Shown here: piece by piece, positions 57,651 through 64,000 of the stretch
Layout of the letters: each line of letters opens with the position of its first letter
Numbering within the stretch: position 1 is the stretch's first letter
Source of the DNA: Tricharina praecox
Taxonomy: Eukaryota
Assembly (NCBI RefSeq): GCF_024521635.1
Contig: NW_026250428.1
Span: 1-64,000, forward strand
DNA: 64,000 bases
Direction: 5' to 3'
The notes under the pieces: generated by a model
What the model was told of the DNA's origin: nothing
Database searches by the model: none
Seen by the model: only the letters and a program-made list of their open reading frames with translations
Translations under genes and position numbers: made by a program

Positions 57651-59557
57651 GGTCCGAGTCGCCGCCTTTGTCTGATAAATATGCTGATAGCGAGGGTGCT
57701 TTGGGCACGTCTTTAGTAAAGCACTGTGCTTTGCTTTCGACTTGCTCCCTCGAACGCATCATCATGCGCCTGTCCGCGGAGATTGTTCCAGTCCTCTTGC
57801 AACGGGAAAATGGGTGGGTGGCACACAGCTGTTGGAATGTTTTCCCTCGACGGGAATACGTGGTGTTGGAATGATGGTCTCGACTCTCGCCGCAAAGGAA
57901 ATAAAGAAAAGGAAACAAACGGTAGCGCCTACATGCTCGGCAGGAGCCCGGCTACCACATTGGTCCCGCTTTGTGGTGCTGCACACTGACTCATAGTGAG
58001 ATGCTGTTTGAACGATGCAAGCGATCCGTGCTGCAGCTCGCCCACCCTTACCGCGGCATACGCCGCATGTTTTGCTTTTCGCTCCCCGATAACTGTGATC
58101 GGCCTAGTACGAAATGGCAACCACGCGTGCCTTTGTACACAAACCTGTGGATGCCGCGATGCATCTACTTATGATTTCCCCGCATCAAGTACACGGACCC
58201 ACCATGGACTACAAGTACCTACCCCGTACCGTGTCATTGGTACTTCCTCCTCGCAGTACACCACTGACAGTATACAGAAGCCAAACTTACCCAAGTACCA
58301 TCACAGTACTTTGCACCACAAGTACCTGCTCACCTTTCAGTCCACGGATTGGCAGCGGATTGGCCGATCCATTGCGTTTGTTGGCAGCGATCAAAAGCAA
58401 CAGCGATCAGCTCCTGCACTCCGCACTCTACTGCCAATCGCTGTCTATTCCCCAATCTCGTGTCGCGTGCGTCCCCGCTTCCTCGCTTCCCCGCCCCTCA
58501 AAATGACTCCACACAAAAACTTCCAAACTCCCGTATTCGAACACCTAAAACTCCGTTAATACCACAGAATCTCGCAGCCAAAAATCACCACAGCCCTCCC
58601 ACCAGGCTGGACGCAGTGTCGCCGTCATCGATAAGGCCGAAGTCGTTACAAAAATCGAATTGGACATACTTTCAGATTTCTTCGACACACTACCACCCCG
58701 ACGTGCAAGTCGCCTCGTGACACTATCAAACATGGTGCCGCCTACGGGCGACTGGCGAGATGGGCCGTGGTCATTCATCATGAGCTCCAACCATAATGCT
58801 CCCCACTCCCGCTCCCACTCCCCTCGCAGAATAGCCCATCAGAAGGACTATCCCGCCCGCCGAAAAACCCTGGTCGAAACCACATCCAGCTGCTTGGTCG
58901 AATTGTTACATGGACGATGTCACCAAACGCAGGATGAACTGAGATGTGGGGTATCCACGTGCAGATACAGGGTTATCTCGAGGGCGTAGATACATAGATA
59001 ACGCTGCGACAAGAGGGCGACGGCCGAAGGTGGTGTGGGGCTGCCGTTACGTGAATCTTTCCATATCGCAGTCGCCGCCGAGACAAACGTTCACTGATGA
59101 ATTGCACGAGCAGGAGGATCCCGGGAAACACGTTCCTACGGAGAAGAATGTGTGGAATCGCCAGGAGTCACCAGGCTATCGAATTGAAGTTGGGATAACC
59201 AGCAAATTTCCGTCAAGTACCGCGTTGGTTGTCGCACGAACCAGCACGTGATCGAGATGGTGGAGACGGCATATCCCTGCACGCGACCGGGACCTGAACC
59301 CGCCACGTGGTTGGCACGTTGTAAGTGCTAGCGCAGCACGTGGCGCCTCCGCTTCTAAACACGTGAGCGCCACGTCGACGCCGATTGACGTGCTGTGCGT
59401 GACACAGAAACGACGGGACAAGAAGGCGAGGGCCAGCGCGGGGGCTACTTGTGTGAGGAAGATAGCACCTTTGGATGTCTCGATCCGATGGCAATATGTA
59501 GTCCGATTATGACACTGACGCCAATTTATTGCGATGATAAATAACAACATAACAAGG

Positions 59558-59650
59558 AAAACAAAAACAAAAGTAAAAACAAAAACAAAAGCAAAAGCAA
59601 AAGCAAAAGCAAAAACAAAAGCAAAACTATAGCAAAAACAAAAATAAAAA
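59558..59650. repeat. Hexanucleotide microsatellite (aaaaac/aaaagc)n
   Basis: Direct read. Confidence 0.85.
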
Positions 59651-59746
59651 GAACGTTCATCGTCGTCGTGCTTGTGCTCTAATCGGTAGAATATCAGCAT
59701 GTTGTGTTATTTTCATAAAATGGGATCTGTTGAACTTACCTCTGAG

Positions 59747-60440
59747 TCATTGTAAATCTTGCATATAGCTTCTAACATGCACTCTCTCAAAAGCAGCGGT
59801 GGAGTCCTCGGCGTCGTAGAGCCAAATATCGATCTGTTCACCCCTGATTCGGACACGCTCACCGTTCAAAGCGGTGCGGCGCATCAACAGGGATGACTCC
59901 GCGTCTTTGCCCCCCACCCCAGGCATGCCCACGTAGTAATAACTATCCTCTCCATCAGATTCATCGAGAACGACGCGGTCCGGATGAAAATGCTCAATTG
60001 CCTGAGACGAGAAGGAATTAGTAGGGAGCAGGATAGAAAGACGACTGGTTTCGGGACCGACCAGGCATTTGAAAAGATGTCGTTTCCAGCCGAGTCAGGC
60101 GATGAGGGCAGGGCTTCAGCGCCCCGCAGGCGCTGAAAAGGTGGTATCTTTGCGCGACGTGGCGTTGAGCTACATGGCGTTGGGATCTTCGACTAATGAA
60201 GTTGATGATCTTTCCGTGGCGGGAACGGCCTGAGTTTTGGGAGACATTTGGGTAGGTAGTTGTCCCAGAAGGGGCACCGCCCCCACCGGTAGCCACCTTC
60301 TCGGGAATCACCATCGGTATCACAAAGTGATCCTCCGGCTTTTGGAGACAGAGCAAGTTTAAGCGGTTCGCTGAGTGGGATGAAAAGCGTTAGCTAAAGT
60401 CTGGCTCTCCATGTTACCGTCGAATGGAATGAATTACGTA
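59747..60440 (-). pseudogene. Decayed multi-exon gene of unknown family
   Basis: Intron-like GTACGT..GCTAAC..CAG and GTCGGT..ACTAAT..CAG segments; exon AIEHFHPDRVVLDESDGEDSYYYVGMPG...; stops in adjacent exon frames. Confidence 0.3.
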
Positions 60441-63400
60441 CCAAGGTGTTCATCTGTCATCACATGGATATGATAGTCTGACCCGAAGGGCTAGTAGTAG
60501 GAGGAAGAGTGAAATGTTGGTTTGTATGTTGGTGGAGGAATGGAGAGAAGGTGTGTTGGTTGTTGGTTGCGGTTTTGTGGTGGGATAGAGTCTTGGCCCT
60601 TTTTTGGGTTGCTAGCGGCGGAAAACGTGGGGCGCACAATGACTCTCGTGCGTTCTTGGCACGGTAGCGACGATGTGACTTGACTTTAGGGCCGCAGTCA
60701 GCCCTATAATAGAACCTCTTCGAAGCGGGAGGAGAAGTACGCCGCAGCCTTACAGGGCAGGACGCGACGTACTGTAGAGTACACCTGAAGCCACGCCGGG
60801 TTTATTGACTAGACGTCCCCCGCAGTTCCTAGATTTCGATCGTCACGAAACTACACATTTCACAGGCACAGGTACCGACAGGAACAGTAATAACGACCTT
60901 CGAACTTGGACATTAGAATAGCAGTGGCCCTCTCTACCACCCTGCTTCTCCGAGACGACAACAGGTACTGAGCGATGCACCCTGTTCCACAGCCACTCCG
61001 CGACAGTGGGCTCCAACGACATGTCCTGTCCTGACTCCATGAGTGGTCCGCGAGCACATCATGCTAGTCACTGCCCAGGTACGTTCTACGATGATCTTCC
61101 GTTGGTGTGAGAAAGCTAGAAAAGGAGAAGGGGGACAACGATTCGTAGAATATGGTACTGATGAGAAAATAGCAGGTGCATCGCTCCCGGTTGTCTTCTC
61201 TGTGGTGTGCGTGGTAGGGTGAGTTAGTGTACATCCGCTGTGCAATCACGGAGTTCGTTGTCGCTGTTACTGTCACTACCGATACTCGATGAGGGTGGTG
61301 TCGTGATTCTTGTCAAGGTTGATGGGGGATCTGAAGGGTTGCTACCTAGCATTTCCTTCCCGTGGCAGTGGTGAAAAAAGATACAAGTGGGGGCCAGCGT
61401 GGCGTGCTTGAGGATTTACGACTTCATTCGTGGCGGAGACATTGTCAGTATTGTCTTTTTACACGGTGCCCAATGCTGAAACAATTCTGATCAAAGTATG
61501 GTGTCAACAGGAGCAAACGACGGATATTACTATTGCGGTCTTCAGCCGCGCTCACGCTCTCGCCACATCATCATCGACCGCAAGCACATCCGTAATCGCC
61601 GTCCCCAGCACTATCGCGCACTCTTGCACCTCGTGGTGCAGCTCGCGCATGGAGGCCGCGCAGGCACGTATCGCTTTGGATATGATCATTCGGTGGTGCA
61701 TGAGCATGCATTGCCGCGCGGCGGGGGATAGGCGGAGGTGCGATTGCAGCGAGGAGGCGCACGTGGAGGCGAGCGAGAGGAGGCGCGGGAGGAAGCGCAG
61801 ATGCGAGGGGCTTGTGGGTGTGGGGATCGACATTCGATATATCTTTACTTCGACTGTTTTGCGGGTTTCTTTGGCGTGTTAGTTGTATATTTGACCAGTG
61901 CAAGTCCCCTATTCAAGCATTTTTAATGCCCGGTTTCCTCATGTTGAATATTTCACAGCCGAGTTGGACTGACTCTCGGCCATGATGATCTAATTTTCAA
62001 GCGACAGGCGCCACCGAAACCACCAGAAGCATCAGCGGACAGAGTGCAGCGAGAAAATCAGGAAGCGAGAGGATGGTATGCACTTTTCAGAATGATTTCC
62101 GGATTATCAGACAACATTCGGGATCCCCCCCCCTGCCCTCACTGTGGATGTTAGAACAGAGCAGAAACCCATTCGGACGAAATTTGACTTCCGAGACCCC
62201 CGGTGCCGAGCCGGCGACATCCTCACTGTGAATATCCTCACAGAAGGAAACCCCATTCCGACAAGAGTTAGCCTCTGAGGCCACCGTGGTGTCTTCTATT
62301 CCGTCCATGTCCGTAATCCATCTTATTTCTTGACTGGAACTTGCGAACCACTTCTTAGAGTCATGGAAATCATCTCGAAGGGTGGGGTGCAGCCGACGGA
62401 GCGCAGTGGACGTGGCAGCATTCGTTAAGGCAATGCGGTTTCCAGGCGGACGTGAGTGACCATCGTTTCCCGACCCGAGAGCACTCCAATTCTACTGCTC
62501 CTTTTCAGCACGTAATATCTTACGTCAACTCGGCCAACGATCGCCGTCACGCGACCTCGGCCGCTAAAATTTACCCCTCAACAGATCCCCTGTCATCACA
62601 CGTGGAAAAACGTGATATTACTAGTCACTGTCGCTACCGAAATCCGGATCCATGTTACCGTAGATCATCTTCGGCTACACTAACGATTAGGCTTTAGGCC
62701 TCCCAATCCCTGGATGTCAGCTCCTCGCTACCGATATCCCTTTCGATGTTCATCAAGTGCTCGAGCTACGGAACTGGGGGGCGTGGGAACAGGTGGGGTG
62801 GAAGTAACTAGTGCGCAGGTTGCGATGTCGGGCTGATGTTGCGTGGGCTGTAGTACCTATGGTGGGGTGACTTCGGCTGAAGAATATTCACGATCCATCC
62901 GATTTTGGTTCATGTTTCCAAAGTATGTACTCTTGGATGTCACAGACCCGATTGTCACTATGAAGAGCTCAATGGCGGCTTTTCGAGAATCGAATCGAGA
63001 GGTCGATGACGGGGATGAGTAAGCGCGCGCGGCGATTGCTCAGCAAAGGTCAATGCCTATTGACCGCTTCCGCTAGGTACTGTGGAACTTTAATCGATGC
63101 GCTTCTAGGCAGGAAAATGGCAACGTTTCATTTCGGTACTCGTCTTTCTATATTTTTCTATCCGTATTTTCGACTTCCTGCTAACTACTTTCTTTCCAGC
63201 ACCGTTGAAATCACCGTTGCGATACATCACATCAACACTTTCCCGCCGCCGGTGGTGAAGGCGGGAGTAGCTTTGACCCCGACTCGCAGGACATCGCGAG
63301 TCGCGCACGCTAAGGCCGTTGTTATCGCAATGTATCCAGACTACGCAACGACAGCAACGCATGTGGAAACCCCGCATGCAGCGTAAGCCGGACTTCTCAC

Positions 63401-64000
63401 TCCAGCTTGTTATCCAGCCTGCAGCGACAATTTTCTCGCTCGCCCGCATGCATGCATCGAAGATCTGGACCGCCTATACGCCCCACAAACCTGCTTGAGT
63501 CATTTATGGACGACGTTTGGGATACTACGTGATCTATTGAGGTGTGGAAGTGTGGAGGTATGCATATTGCCCGTGGTGGGATGGCAGTCTGGCGAAGTAT
63601 ATGCATACTAGTGGGGTGTAAGGTTATGGAGCTTCTGAGTGGACGCCACCGCCGCGACCGGCTGACGGAAACTATATGACGGACCGCGGGCGACGGGACA
63701 CGGCGAGCAGCACAAAAGGATCTTCGCATGGATGTCACTGGCGAGTTCTGATAGGGCTGATAGCGGGCTATGGGGAACGCTTGAGCCAAGTGGGCCTGGC
63801 TCGAGCGATCACAGTTGGGAGAGCGAGAGAGGTGGATTAATCGCGAGAATTGAGAGACTGTTCCGTATACCGTCGAATACTGTGCGTAAGCTTCCACGTA
63901 CCGTGACATGCGAGACGTGAAACGGAATGGTTGCCTCCACGTTGTCCGCACCGCCGAACTTGGGACCGCACTCCTAGAAAATGGATTGACTTGATACGCC

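Noticed and set aside
61430..63951. Cluster of short ORFs and intron-like signals at the right end, including a 28-aa internal repeat at 62087-62308
   Set aside because: Frames are broken by stops and no coherent gene model could be built.
1..64000. Starship or other giant-transposon captain (tyrosine recombinase) gene
   Set aside because: No ORF with recognisable tyrosine-recombinase motifs; the window could still lie inside a larger element whose ends are outside it.

Overview
Eukaryotic, almost certainly filamentous-ascomycete DNA: short 47-63 nt introns with GT(A/G)AGT/GTATGT donors, CT(A/G)AC branch points and YAG acceptors. The Tad1-like LINE fragments suggest a Pezizomycete-like host, but that is inference. 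The window is a gene-poor, repeat-rich accessory region. Only one clearly conserved enzyme gene is present: a 5-exon secreted CBM21 + GH13 alpha-amylase of the non-Taka, animal/actinobacterial-like type (25585-28170, minus). The other genes are orphan-like: a Myb/SANT-like (trihelix-type) protein, an intronless 920-aa protein ending in a stand-alone RNase H1 hybrid-binding (Cauli_VI-like) domain, acidic and repeat-built proteins, and four F-box-like loci (two intact-looking, two with premature stops; one needs a GC-AG intron). A small three-exon gene invisible to the ORF track occurs as two inverted copies about 48 kb apart. Mobile DNA includes a 1.6-kb long-TIR element, a Mutator-like non-autonomous element (9-bp TSD) with two hAT-like MITEs nested inside it (8-bp TSDs), five minus-strand LINE fragments (two with TSDs), solo LTRs and a decayed Mutator-like transposase. 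No rRNA, tRNA or CRISPR array was seen. All alignments and domain calls were made by eye; no database search was run.
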